Position numbers and translations under genes: made by a program
Assembly: GCA_036850965.1 (NCBI GenBank)
Contig: JAZGQO010000009.1
Span: forward strand, 225,610 to 289,609
Direction of reading: 5' to 3'
DNA length: 64,000 bases
Source: Patella caerulea
Taxonomy: Eukaryota
Notes under the pieces: model-generated
Database searches by the model: none
What the model was told of the DNA's origin: nothing
The model's input: the letters and a program-made list of their open reading frames with translations, nothing else
Shown: piece after piece, positions 23,405 through 36,070 of the stretch
How positions within the stretch are numbered: position 1 is the stretch's first letter
Layout: every line of letters starts with the position of its first letter

Positions 23405-23665
23405 ATATTTAATTATGGAGCCGCGGTTCAGGTGCTTGCTCGCTAACCTGAATGTCCCAAATTCGGTGCCAGTGTTGACTGAGAATCTTTTCCCTTGTCT
23501 GTGCTGTGGGACAGAGGGCTTGGCAAGGAAAAGCGTCTAGTCGTTAACGTGGACCAAAAAAACCCAATGTCCCGTATGGGTGTGAACGTAAAAGAACCCT
23601 TGGTCGTTACAATTCGTAATAAGAGTAGACCGCAGTGTCCCTGTCCGAGCAAAGATTTCACTCAT
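23405..23665 (+). mobile_element. SINE family B copy (intronic)
   Basis: tRNA-like head gagccgcggttcaggtgcttgctcgctaacctgaatg... plus the conserved box ...ggcaaggaaaagcgtctagtcgttaacgtggaccaaaaaaacccaatgtcccgtatgg. Confidence 0.55.
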
Positions 23666-24385
23666 AGCCCACTGCATGGCGTATATCCCGTCTTCATTAT
23701 CCCAGTCGGTGCAGAAGAGTAGGAAGCTATGCCTCACTTCATTTCATTTCCGACATATTTTTTGTCTCAATGTTTTCGTTATTGACGGTATGAATTCTCG
23801 CGTAAGGATCTTATTATTCGTACCAAATAATTGTTTCCGGACGTTTGTTAAAATGTTCTTGTTTGGTTGTATCAAAGTGTGTTTTTTTCTGTTTGTTCAT
23901 AAAAGTGCTCTAAAATGTTGTTGAATTTTCCGATGTCCTAGACAATAAATTGACGAGTTTAAATAAATAACATGGCAGGAAGCCAGACTAAAAGCCTACT
24001 TGGGTTTATTACAAATCTCTGTAATATCTGATAATTAATAAAAATAAGTGAGAAAGGAAATCAATGTCAGACGTTGTTATTGACAAGTAACTTCTTCCTT
24101 TTATTTCGGATATTTTTTTCTATTAGTTAACACCAATGCTTTTCTATAGCGCTGGTTTACTAATCAGGAGGTCAGTACGTTAACGACCCCATAACAGTTA
24201 GCTATCGGATCAAGTGTAGGCCGTTGCGTTGTTGTTCAGACAACATACACGTCATAGTATATATCGCATTACATATATCCATTAAAACCATATCGTCCAA
24301 TATTGAGAAGTACTTTGTGTCTTGCTGTTCTATTCAAGCCCAGTGTGAAGTCAAATGGCCATTGCCTAGAATTAACAATACTTAC

Positions 24386-25417
24386 TATCATTTATGACTG
24401 TCCGTAAATCTCCAGATGTCGTAGTTGGCAATATCAGTGACGTAATTGCGGTGTTATTAACTGATGAATCTGTGCTCAACACAGATGATGCAGATGATAT
24501 AACAACATTTGTTACTGCAGAAGATGTCGATTCAAAGATTGTCAGCAAAGAAGTTGGGATTGATAACACAGATGTTCCTTTAGCGCTATATGTGTCGGGT
24601 AGAAGTGATTCAATTGATGGGTACACTGTTGATGACACTGATGCTTCCTGGGGCTGAAGCAGCCCACCACCATTCCGATTTGAAGTGGCTTTATTTGAAC
24701 CGGTGGTAAATGCTGAAGTTATCGAAGTTATCGTTAAGTCTGAGTATTTTTGACTATTCCGATGTGAAATATCTGAATTAATGGAAATTGTTGAAGCTAT
24801 GGAGTCTGAATATATCTGTACTGAATTTCTGGAAACTATCGACACTGTTGACGTTATTGACGTTGTTGACGCCGACTCTAAATCTTCTAGATCTATTGAA
24901 GTTGTCGTTATTGACGCTGAGTCCAAATCAACTAGATCATTCAGATTGGTTGTCTTTTCGTGAACAGTGACGGTATTGGGTGAAGCTATCATTGTTGATA
25001 CTGGGCCATTAATATTTGATGTCTTTTGGTGCGAATTGAGGGTTGGTACTGAAAGTATCGTTGATGATTCTGGATCTAAATACACTGTACTGGCCACAGA
25101 CTCATAAATACTATGCGAAGTATCTCCAATACCATGCTGTGGCGAACCACTAGAAGAAGTTAATATCCAGCTATCTCTACTGCCCACGCTAATATCTGTA
25201 GTTTCCATCAACGATTGGAAGCCCGATTCGGTTGGCATGCCAGTACTAGCTGCTATAGGATTTGTACTGAATGCGAATAACGGGGTTGAAAACGTCTCAT
25301 CTAGGGAGCTTGATGAAGTTAAAATGGTCGATTCTGATGGTAAAGTTGTTGTACACGGTTCTCTTCCTGGTAATGCTGTCCATGTTATCAACGTAATATT
25401 GTATTTCATACTTGTAT
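24386..25417 (-). CDS. Lectin-mucin gene: large Ser/Thr-rich (mucin-like, probably O-glycosylated stalk) exon, 343 codons
   Basis: The long ORF is more than 35 percent S+T, with repeats such as ...SASITTTSIDLEDLESASTTSITSTVSIVS.... Acceptor tattgtattttcag|ATACAAG at 25417. Donor GAT A|gtaagt at 24386. Confidence 0.6.
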
Positions 25418-25859
25418 CTGAAAATACAATATTAAAATACCTGACTGCTGTACCACCGAACACTTTTTTTTTACTTTAACCCCAAGTAATATGTGTTCTG
25501 TTGCGCCAATCTTTTAGAAATGCCTTGAAACTTGAAATTACTTTATAAGGTTGTACTGGCAAATAAAAACCTGTTGTGAGTCTGAAATGTGTGTGCAGAT
25601 TAATTTTCCCCTTCGGATGTCGCAACACGCGTCAATAACTCCCCGTTATCAAAAATATTTGGACAGTATGGCAGGTCGGAATCACATAGTTTTAAAAGTG
25701 ATGTTTTTCACAAATCTCTGACAATTTGCAAAAAAGAGGGGGGGGGGGCAGAAGTAAAAGGGCAAAAAGACATCCAGTCATCTATTAGCGATACTGGATA
25801 CTAAAGTTTATTATCCTCTATGTGTAGAATGTGGAACCCATCGTGTTTCTTTTCACCAA

Positions 25860-25883
25860 AAGAGAGAGAAAGAGAGAGAGAGA

Positions 25884-25918
<35 letters not shown>

Positions 25919-26055
25919 GGTGGGGGATTAACTTCCACTCAACACAAACGAGACCATTTCGGGACTAACATATGGTTCAATTTTATTTCAGGAGAACCTA
26001 CTCCTTACAACCGAAGACTCGAAACCACACCAGTTGACTCAATGACGGACCTTAT
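25860..26055 (-). mobile_element. SINE family A copy, internally deleted (intronic)
   Basis: A (GA)n tail on the plus strand, then ggtgggggattaacttccactcaacacaaacgagaccatttcgggactaacatatgg... and the head remnant ...cgaaaccacaccagttgactcaatgacgg. Confidence 0.65.
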
Positions 26056-26132
26056 TTGTAGTGTTGAATGAAATATGTTATAAGCTGGGTAGGTTTACGG
26101 TACACTTTATAATTATAACTTAAAATACTCAC

Positions 26133-26390
26133 ACGCTAAACATCTTTTTACATAGACTACGTCGTACGCTGCAACTATAACAAGAGGTGGTTGGGAGTTG
26201 ATGTATGAATCAGATGATATCGAAATGGAGCATACTTCCCCTACCATTTGAAAAAATACACATGACATAGAACCAATAGCAGTATTAATACAATCTTCTT
26301 CACATTCTGTATATGTTAAACTACCCCTGGCTATTTGAGGGGTACCTGATACTGGTCTGTGAAAAGGAAATGGCTCAATCCAACAGCTAT
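26133..26390 (-). CDS. Lectin-mucin gene: Cys-rich extracellular exon (5 Cys; possibly PAN/apple-like, unverified)
   Basis: Acceptor ttttcttacag|ATAGCTG at 26390. Translation DSCWIEPFPFHRPVSGTPQIARGSLTYTECEEDCINTAIGSMSCVFFQMVGEVCSIS.... Donor GCGT|gtgagt at 26133. The phases match both neighbours. Confidence 0.5.
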
Positions 26391-26948
26391 CTGTAAGAAA
26401 ATAAACCATAGTAATAATATTAATATATTATATCCTTTATTTGAACAATATAATGCGTATGCTTTAAAACCAACATAAAGTTTTAATACAATCGTTTTCA
26501 CATTTTGAGTATGCTCCAGTATCAGTGGTCTGAGTCTGGATCTGGTGATATCCTTACTGGAATCTTCCGTTTGATTATTATTTACGCAATGTTGTGTCTC
26601 ATTAGCCCGGAGGTGTCGAAAACTAGGAGGTTAAACCCCAATAAATTCATGACTGTATTTATGACAAAATGGTGGAGTTAACATCAAGACCATAACTAGC
26701 CAAGAGCAACGAGGGACGGGGAGTGTTCTCAGGGGTGCTGTAAAATTGACGGACTATGTATATCTATTGTTTTTATGGTCTTTTTTTCACAGGGGGAGGG
26801 GGGCACTTTCTGCGGGCCTGGTTAACATTGAGGAAGAAGTACCTTGGGCTTCATACTTAAATGCGTCATGATATTTTAACTGGGTAAAGATGATACAAAC
26901 AGAGAACCCAATATAAATGGGAGTTACAGACAAGACTTAAAATCATAC

Positions 26949-27163
26949 CGTGGGGAATTTCACAAATAAATTGGTAGTTGATCAAACATTGAAATGTTTG
27001 AAGTGTTAGTGTTGACCAATGCAGAGCAACACAAGTGTTATTTTGAAGCTGTCGTGGATGACCAGTCGCCCACGGTAAGTCAACACCAGATTTATTACAG
27101 TTATCCCACATAAAACTCTCTTCGCCATCGTGCAGACGTAATCCAGTCCATACAGATGAATTC
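26949..27163 (-). CDS. Lectin-mucin gene: C-type lectin domain, C-terminal half
   Basis: Translation NSSVWTGLRLHDGEESFMWDNCNKSGVDLPWATGHPRQLQNNTCVALHWSTLTLQTFQCLINYQFICEIPH fits the CTLD consensus (WIGL..., W.D...C, W...P....CV.L, W.D..C...FICE). Acceptor ctattgtag at 27163. Donor CACG|gtatga at 26949. Confidence 0.7.
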
Positions 27164-27224
27164 CTACAATAGTTTTAATATTAGTTTAAAGATCGAAATA
27201 AATGTGTACTGTAATTAGTCAAAA

Positions 27225-27465
27225 GAGAGAGAGCAAATGGGGTTTAACGTCCACTCGACACAAACTAGGTCACTTCGGGACAAACATATGGTTCATTTTT
27301 TTTATTTCAATAGGGGTCTTTAGCAGTGGGAGGAAACCGGAGTTCTCGGAGAAAATCCACGAGGTTGACAGGCGACACTACTCCTTGCCACGTACAACCG
27401 GGGATTCGAAAGCACGCCAGTTGACTCAATGGCAGGCCGTATTATACAGCGCGCGCTAACCATTC
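27225..27465 (-). mobile_element. SINE family A copy (head variant 1), followed by a (CA)n microsatellite at 27466-27500
   Basis: A (GA)n tail on the plus strand, then caaatggggtttaacgtccactcgacacaaactaggtcacttcggg...ccagttgactcaatggcaggccg... Confidence 0.75.
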
Positions 27466-27989
27466 GCCCCCCCCCCCTCACACACACACACGCACACACT
27501 ATTAGGAAACTAATATTTTACAAGAATTTTAATGACGCGAACTAATTTGTATTGGGTGGAGTATTTAATGGGGTAATTAACAATATCGATGACACTCGCT
27601 TTATTATGGATGTTAAATAATGGGGATTTGTCACCCGTTAGGCGTATATTGAAAATAACATCTAATTCCTCCCAGGATTGTGAATATAGATGCTTACATT
27701 TGGTTTGCTTTGTCCTTTGCATATTTATTCACATCGTCGTATCGACGGAAATATCAATAAATTCACAAAGGTTTTAATGCATTCTAGAAGACATAAACAT
27801 GTCTAGGGGAAACATAACATCGGGATTTGTCAACATAGAGCAAATAGTAATCGTCGATATTGCTTTTCGTAAAACACAAATCTATGTATTCATACATCAT
27901 TTATTATACAATAATTTAAATAACCCATCTCAATACAAATAATTGTATTACTAGTTGCAGTTAAACAGCAATACGAATTAAACAGTGTT

Positions 27990-28340
27990 CTTTATATATA
28001 CTGAGCGCCATAGAAAACGCATCACAAAGTCAGAGGGGTCAAAACCAAAAGTACGACACAGATGTCAGTAGCGCGAGTGTCCTCCACTGGGTCTTACGCA
28101 CGCTGTGCAGCGACGTGGCATGGAATTAACCATCTGTGTAGTACCTTTGGTTTTGACCCCTCTGACTTTGTACCGTTGATTGCAGATTAAACATCCATAA
28201 GTGTACAAATGTGTTGCTATCGATGTGTTCCCATTTGAATATTGTTCACAATAAGAAGCAAATTAAATAAGATATGTTTACAGTATCATTTTGTTATACG
28301 AAAAACTAAGTGATGCGTTTTCTATGGCGCTCAGTAATAG
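27990..28340. repeat. Inverted-repeat (foldback) structure
   Basis: 27998-28055 (actgagcgccatagaaaacgcatcacaaagtcagaggggtcaaaaccaaaagtac) is complementary to 28144-28176 and to 28303-28338 separately. Confidence 0.5.
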
Positions 28341-29629
28341 TAATTTATAATGGTGTTGTGATCAATGGGTCAAATATGTTTCTGCGCTTTTCCTAATAAT
28401 ACTAGAAAATATTATGGCCTCTAAACAGTAAAGATAAATTATTATTTCGGCGTAAATTGAAGACTAAAGGGTGCCCGATACCACGTAAGAACATAAACTG
28501 CTTTGTTGGCCCCGTGCTTACCATATGCACAGCCTCCTTCTTAAATGTGTCTTATTTAAAGATAAATAGCTGGTCGCTCTTCTAATAATTATTCAAAAAT
28601 ATATAATGATAGAGAATATATTAAATATTTAATTATTCTTTACAAAGTTTGACCAAATGTAGTGTAGATTGTTTATGACGGTATCAATTGTACTTGACAA
28701 TTGACACAAAGTATTGATTTCCTATTTTATAATTGTTAAATCGTTAACTGACCACGGTTAATTATGGACTTCTCATGTTAATAGGTATTTAAATAATAAT
28801 TCATATAAAATATGAAACCCAAAATTCAGCTATTATATATATTGTATCTTTAGATTATTATCTTGAATTTATGAGAATTTTGGAAGCTAGTCAGAACGAT
28901 TCGAAATAAAAACAAACGATAGACGTAATAACAATACATTTGACGTCACGTCATTGTTCGTCCAGACGACTGTGTACATGTATATTAGAGGTGAGGGAAC
29001 GCTTTTTTTTTGTTCTGCCTTTAAAAGGTAAATATTCTTTTATTATTGAAACCGATAAGTACTCTTTCGACCCTTCTTGTCTTCAAGACGTCGCAACTAC
29101 TACCCTTTTCGCTTTGAGTTAACAGCACCAAGAAATCATCATATCTTGCCTTCTTTCCTTCGTTCTAGGCAATAAGGGGCACAGGGATTATGGACTTCCA
29201 TAGTTTACTGTTTGAAAAGTTATGCAAAATTACCTCTGCTTATACATACATAAGATATATATCTGTTTGGTCACTTTTTTAAAACTTAAAAATGATTTTA
29301 GCCTAATCTTATCGGATAATTCTTGGCAGGAATCGTGGTTTATTCTTTAAAACAAGCAAGAAAAGTATGCTGAGTCGTTCGGATGGGGCGATATTCTCCT
29401 CTGTCAATTCACTCACCATAGAAATGAAAAAAACGACATGTCAGTCTCAAAATGACAGAAATTTTGTCTGGTTAAAACTTTTAAAAAATCGTTTTCTATT
29501 GATGTATTATGTTGCAATTTTGCTTTTTGTTCTCATGGGCAGTCATTAAAATGAAAAAGCATACACTGTCTTGTGGAAGACTTCTGTGAACCTAGGGTAC
29601 AATAATACGGCACCAGATTCTTTCTATAG

Positions 29630-29760
29630 ATCGTTTGCACGTAGAGAGAACCCAGGAAACCCCACGAGATTAGGCTTTAGATAACTCCTTGTCACGTTCA
29701 AATGTAGGATCAAAACCATGCCACTTGACTCAATGACAGACCTCACGTTAGACAACCCTG
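29630..29760 (-). mobile_element. SINE family A fragment (head/body, variant 1)
   Basis: ...ggaaaccccacgagattaggc...ccttgtcacgttcaaatgtaggatcaaaaccatgccacttgactcaatgacagacc... Confidence 0.5.
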
Positions 29761-30298
29761 CCCCGTTAACGGAGATGAAAGTTGTTGCTGGAAGCCCCGT
29801 TAACTTTATCTTGTCGTTAACTTGCCGCCATAGTTAACGGGGTGTTGGGCTCTGTTATCTGTTTAACGGTGGCATTAGAATAATGTAAATTACTAGTGTA
29901 ACTTTCCATGGCACATTTTAAAGAACTGAGCGATTGCGTGGGGGTCCCGTTTTCTATGGGATAAAATTATATAGTGTTCTGCAGAATTTTTGGGACATCT
30001 GTAGAAAATAATGGCCCCAAATATTCTGTAGTGCAAATCCCATAATTTTTCCTGCAGATTTATGCTAAAATTTCTAAGGGAAAACATACAGTATTCTATA
30101 ATGTTGTCGGTAGTAATTTATTAAGTTTCGTTAACAGACGACGTCACAATTAGTTGTTCCACTGTCTACAGTTTGGTGTTAATTTTAACTTCTATAAAGT
30201 TTTTATACATGCACATTGAATTCTTGGATTAATTTTAATCAATCCGTTATAATATATAAATATATATACTTTTAAACCTGGTATATCATTATACTTAC

Positions 30299-30482
30299 AT
30301 TAATAAACCTTCACCGTTCATCATAGTAAATAACGTGTTTAAATCCCCAACATTTTCTTTGTTTATAAAAGATATGAGTCTTTGGTTATTGTCTGTACAG
30401 GCTTTATCAGCTTCCATCCATGTTCTCGAATCTCTCGATACTATTAGTTCACGTGGATGGTTCACTTTACTTAAAGTCATAG
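30299..30482 (-). CDS. Lectin-mucin gene: C-type lectin domain, N-terminal half (the upstream signal-peptide and first CTLD exons are not identified)
   Basis: Translation (M)TLSKVNHPRELIVSRDSRTWMEADKACTDNNQRLISFINKENVGDLNTLFTMMNGEGLL has the CTLD WxEA..C and L.SI.S..E..FL motifs. Donor AAT|gtaagt at 30299, with the phase (2 nt) complementary to the CTLD-C exon. A weak acceptor lies at 30482. Alternatively, translation may start at ATG 30478-30480. Confidence 0.5.
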
Positions 30483-33329
30483 CTTAAATTTCACAAACAT
30501 AATTCATGATTAAGTCCAGAAAGATAAATATTTTGTAAAATCGAGGTATATTACAGTCTAAACAATTTGAAATTTTATATACAATGATTTATGTTTCATC
30601 TTTGGTATTTATATGGAAGCATAGACCGGTGGACATCCTATATTCCATATACCTCGCAAAAATATTATAAAATAGGTAAAATCTATGGAAGGAAATTAAA
30701 TTAAATTCTCTGCTGAAATACCTTTTTGATTAACAGTACAATTTACAAAGTCCTAATACCGGTAATGATAACGTCAAAATATCTCTAAGGCCAAAGAACA
30801 ATGCAAAACGTCAAATGTAATGTGTCAATGTTAAAATAACCGAAAAGCCTGCCTATCCTTCTTTTCAAATATGTGAATATTTTTGGGGATATTCATATTT
30901 GCATACCGTAAGACGCTCTATTAAATGACAGGGTATGGGTATTTAAGTTAGCATACGAAAGCCAAGATATCAGTATGGCTGACAAGCACTTCCTTCGCTT
31001 TTTTCAAACTTGCAAATAATGTTGAAGGAGGTGGGAGGGGACTAAAGATGCGGAGCATTTAATATTTTGGCAACGCTGCTTTTCCATAAACATTAGAGTA
31101 TATGTTATAGTCTATAATTTGAAAATAATATATGAAATATTACAAAATATAATACGTTAGATCGAGGGTATTTAAACTGGAGACCAATCCACCCCAAACC
31201 AATGTAAAATAATAATAATATATTTTTTTAAAAAATGAAATAATTATTTTTACATTGACCAATAGTCTTCGTTGTCCCAGTCGACGTAGAAAAGTATGGT
31301 AAATCATGTTTCATTTCTTTCTAATTGCTAGTTAATAACATCAAGGGTTCTTTTTCACGAACTGTTAAATCACTTAAAATCGATTTTACCCCTATGGAAG
31401 TCATATTTATCAGAAGGAGCAGAAGCAGACATTTGTAATATATATTACTTAGAAATGGCTTTAATAAAACGGCTCTCAGATCTAATCACAAACAGTTAAA
31501 TCTCTCGCCTTAAGATAAGTCATATCTATCATAAAGAAGAGGCAAACGTTTCTAGGTTCTTTTAAATTTTCAAATTGACTTTAAAGAAACGGTTTTATAC
31601 ACACATTTTTTTGTTTTAATTGTTGGGTACTTAAGTAGCGCCACGGGCTCTTTTTCATGAACCGTTAAATCTACAAATCAATTTTACCTTAAAGATACAT
31701 TATGGGAGATGAGATAAAGAGCTGACAGTGCTCACTATAATAGTTGTGAAAATAGATAATGTAAAGGGGATTTACTGAAAATTTCAGTCAAATTGATCCA
31801 CTCTGAACCGAGGATATAGCTATTGAATTTTCAACCTAGCTTCGATCATCATTACTAAAGTTGATATAGTCAAAAACATAGTCTCGATTTTCCATTTCAT
31901 GATTAAATCATGAATGACAGTTGAGCAGCCAATCAGATCCTAATCCAATAAAAATATCAGGCTAGCGATGACATCGAGGTTTGATAATGGTCTGGATAAG
32001 TCAATTAATTTCAGACTTAAAAGAAAACCCTGCAACACTCAGATTTGACTCTTTCATTATGTATGTTTAGGTTAGTTGCTCGGCCCTAAGGTAAAGGATT
32101 TTAAGAACTTTTAATACAACATTAAACAGTTATATTTTTAAAATATATTAAAATAAAACCCTAAAATAGATTGTATGTATAAACAATCCTACCTTGTTAA
32201 AGAATAATCCTATTAATCATAAAATTCACTATTGTCAGTTGAGGAATTGGCAAAAATATCATTTTCAACTTCAAATTCAAACGTTTGAAGATAGTTATTT
32301 TATTGGGGGGGGGGGGGCGATAAAAAAAAACCAAGGGATGTAATTGTGTTATTATTACCGACGTGAAAGATTTTTAAGTATGGGAAATAATGCCTATGAT
32401 CGTATAATAATGAGTTGACAACCTATTGAGCAAAAGACATAGAAATAATTATGTTTTGACTTTCTTCTTCGCGAAATTTTAACTATGAAAAACCAAATTT
32501 TAGTTATATGATTGGATAATATAGATTAATTTTAGTGCTTAGTCAATCAAAACTGAAGTATCTACTAAAAGTCAAGATTTCGTGAATCAGGACCCTGGAC
32601 GTCATGGGATAACAATATAATTATTAAAATACAAATATACTTACTAATGTAGACAATCAATATCACGATACTAACAATATCCAAACTAAGCATTGTAACA
32701 GATTATTATGGTATAAACAGTTAATTAAAATCTGTCACGTAACAATTGGTAAACTATATTCTTGCTTTATGTACGTTGCGCCATGGTCTATAAAAGCGAT
32801 GAAGTTTATATGTAGGGCTTTATATGTCTAATCAAAGACTTTTATTGATCGTGAAAATTACAGTTTGTTTATTCTGATCTATACAAGCTAATGTACATAT
32901 ATCCTACATGTTCTAATCATTAACAACAAACTTATCCCATCCTGTAATACCCCAACTTTACCACGAGCACGCGTACCACGTCTTTCGTTTTATGGACTAA
33001 ACGGACCACCGGCTTATGTTTCTGGGATGGAAATATCCCGGACACTGGCTTTACTCTTCCTTAAATTCAAAATGTCAAGATGTCTTTTACGCGTACACCA
33101 AAGGTTTTCCGTCCCATGCGAACGACTAGACATTGTTCTTTGCAAGGACCTCAGCCCTATACCCCATCTACAAGGTGAAACCACACTCAAACATCCCTGG
33201 TTAGTAAGTCTATGCCTAAAATCCTCGATCCACCGTGGACACATTAGTAGTTAAAATCATTTTTTGTTATATTAAAGTAGCTAAGTTTCTAACTCAGTAT
33301 CATCCAAAATCTTCAACATTGAAAACACG

Positions 33330-33730
33330 AATTATTTGTTCATTTAAATCAACATTGATGTTTTGATCTAACGGAAAAAGATGGGCACATTCTACCATTG
33401 GTACACGAATCGTGTACCATAATGCGTTTCAGCCACAGTTCTAGCAAGACAGTCAGGGAATGAGGCTACAATCAAACCGCGTATGTAGACTTGAATAACC
33501 AGACGCTAGAAATTTGCATTCGATTGAGACTGCTAGCTTAATATTGATTATTGCCGCTTCATGCTTCATGCATAACTGATTTCAGTCCCAATTCTAGCAA
33601 GACAGTTAGGGAATGAGGCTACAATCAGACCGCGCATGTAGACTTGAATAACCAGACGCTATAAATTTGCATTCGATTGAGACTGCTGGCTTAATATATT
33701 GCTGCATGAACATAACTGATTTGAAATTAG
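33330..33730. repeat. Dispersed repeat family X copy with an internal tandem duplication of about 135 bp (33440-33590 / 33590-33725)
   Basis: The two units atttcag(c/t)c(a/c)ca(g/a)ttctagcaagacagt(c/t)agggaatgaggctacaatca(a/g)accgcg... are about 90 percent identical. Confidence 0.6.
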
Positions 33731-34844
33731 AGTAAATGTGTACACGGGACCTCGGTTCTTCGTCCCATTCGAATCAGCTATCCTTGTTAGGTCGTCTGCT
33801 TGGATCCTTGTAGATGTATTATGCAAGATTTCGATAAAGAGCTGACAGTTCTCGCTACAATAGTTTCAAAATAGATAATGAAAAGGGAATATTTTGAAAA
33901 TTTCAGCCAATTTACTTTATTTTGAGCGAAGTAATGAATGTTTTGAGAAGATAGCTACCATTGTTACGATAATTAACAATGTCTCGATTATCTAGTTTTG
34001 AATTATATTATTAAATGGCATCGTGATGCAATCCGCGAAAAATCACGACAAAAATCTAAACAGTTGCAACATTTGAGACCAAAATAAATATTTGCAATCG
34101 GCATATTTAGCTCTTACATAATAAATTGTTGAAATAGGCGAAGATGCGTATGAAAGTACATATAAATGTAAATGAATATAAAGTGATTTATATTCAATTT
34201 TTAACAAATGTATTGTAATGTTCTCATCGATTATACGTCTGCCTAGTCCATTCTACATGTTTTTATTTTAAATTATTATATTGTCGTTCGTGAATTAGTC
34301 AGTTTGAATTACTTCCGCGCTGTCTTCTGATAAATGTTTCCCTTGTTCATTACAATCATGGCACTCGTGTACTGATTTTAAAATGTCTTAAATATTGAAT
34401 AATAGGATCCCATAATGAAATGAACAGACTATTATATTAAATACTGAGTTAGAGGGTCAGCTCCTTTAATTTGACCTAACCTAAACATGCATTTTGTAAG
34501 AAATAGATAAAAAGCAGACCGTTCTTTCTATAATTAATATAATTAATAGTTCAAAATATGAATATATTGAATATTCTGAGCCACGTTGTTGGTGTTTCAA
34601 GTTTTGACAATAGTCTCGATTGAAAAGTAATATTGTTGATAAACAATGTCTTGATTATCCCTTTCATCTTTAAATTAATAAAACGTTTTGGTTTGAACAA
34701 TATTTATTTTTCAGCTGAATTACAGAATGTAGAACACGAAAACAAGTATTAGACAAGTGCTTATGGGCTTGTCTTTTGAATACATGTCTATTTAACAATT
34801 TATATTAAATTTGAAGCTACACACCTGCAATATGCTATGTGCAC

Positions 34845-35051
34845 ATCAGAGTGTACACGGGTCCTTGAGTTTTCGTCCCATCTACTATACATTGTCCCAT
34901 TGTCAGGATCCCTCGTCCTGCCGGGGAGTGGATGACCGAATGGTTAGCGTGCGTGCGCTGTATCATACGGCGATTTATTGAAATGAATTTCAACCATATG
35001 TTAGTCCCGAAATGACCTAGTTTGTGTCAAGTGGACGTTAAACCCCCCCTA

Positions 35052-35100
<49 letters not shown>
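34845..35100 (+). mobile_element. Composite: SINE-B fragment (minus, 34845-34960) abutting a SINE family A copy (plus, about 34900-35100) with a long (CT)n tail
   Basis: gtgtacacgggtccttgagttttcgtcccat (reverse complement of the B conserved box). Then ...gatttattgaaatgaatttcaaccatatgttagtcccgaaatgacctagtttgtgtcaagtggacgttaaaccc plus (CT)25. Confidence 0.6.
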
Positions 35101-35103
<3 letters not shown>

Positions 35104-35245
35104 CTGCCCCACTAACAAGGGGGAATCACGTTGAAAAATCACGATAATCTTGGTAGCCAATACCGAAATCGATCACGAACCTCTGGTTAGCGAGCCAACA
35201 TACAACATCTAACTCAATGAGCCACCACGGCTCCTTACTTGGTTG
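35100..35245 (-). mobile_element. SINE family B-like head fragment
   Basis: The reverse complement ggagccgtggtggctcattgagttagatgttgtatgttggctcgctaaccagaggttcgtgatcgatttcgg has tRNA-like A and B boxes. Confidence 0.4.
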
Positions 35246-35884
35246 AAGAAAACCTTTCCAACCCCTTACAGTTTCAACAAATCATGCATATTATGAAATG
35301 TTTCATCTATGAATTGAGATCATCATTCTAGGTTTATATTGTTGCCGTAAAAGATGTATTTTATTCTGGCTTTAAATGTGATATGAATTATTATACAGAA
35401 TTAAAGATGTGTTATTCAGAAGTTAAATCTACCTAATGTAGATCTTTCGTATGGTCTTAAATGTTATATAAATCACTACTTAGACATTAATTTATTTACT
35501 TTCCAGGCTCAAAATCAACTCTCTAGAACGTCGGATGCTTTTGATTTTCTACATATTTAAATACGATTGGCAATTGATGATGATTTAATTTTAAAATGGA
35601 TAATCGAGATTTTGTTTTTATTATCGTAACCATGGTAGCAATGTCAATCGAGACGACACTGTTCTGCAATCGCCATACCCTTTCCATTATCTATTTTTCA
35701 ACTATTATAGCTTGAACTGTCATACTTTAATTACCTAAATCTTACACAATGTCTCTTTAATTCACATGACAACGCCATAATAAACTCTCTAGCTAGGATA
35801 TTGGATGGTCGAGATGTTAAAGGGATTAGAACACCCGCATTATGTAGTTATTTAACGTTCCTGAAATCTGTAATATTCTGTTCC

Positions 35885-36070
35885 CGTATGTACTAATATA
35901 TTATTTCTTACCGATTAAAAGAGCGATTTGTTACTGTTGCTGCAATTTAGCCTAGGCAGAGAGAAAGATAATACACTGCGAGATTGAATCACAGATATTT
36001 TATTTGAAACTTTGCTACTTTGATTAAAATAAATATCAACCCGTGACTTTATACATAAAGGCCGTGACAA
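35885..36070 (+). repeat. Dispersed repeat family Y (second copy at 40235-40400)
   Basis: About 80 percent identity: ...tatttcttac(c/t)gatt(a/t)aagag(c/g)gcgatttgtt(a/g)ctgtt...aatacactg(c/t)ga(g/t)attgaatcacag(a/t)tatttt...gaaactttgcta... Confidence 0.5.

Larger units (their letters stand above)
22993..30482 (-). other. Gene span (partial, 5' end unresolved): C-type lectin, Cys-rich, Ser/Thr-rich mucin-like, TM protein. It has 5 coding exons with phase-consistent junctions
   Basis: See the individual CDS exons. The splice phases 2/1, 1/2, 1/2 and 1/2 all match across the junctions. Confidence 0.5.

Noticed and set aside
24394-24970. Plus-strand ORFs (24394..24657, 24781..24963, 24788..24970) opposite the Ser/Thr-rich exon
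   Set aside because: They are antisense frames kept open by the codon bias of the repetitive S/T-coding strand. The minus-strand ORF is far longer and splices consistently.
33014-33254. Overlapping ORFs 33014..33244 (minus) and 33027..33254 (plus) as the missing N-terminal exon of the lectin gene
   Set aside because: They have no CTLD N-terminal motifs (CP.GW...CY.F), no signal-peptide-like start and no convincing splice sites.
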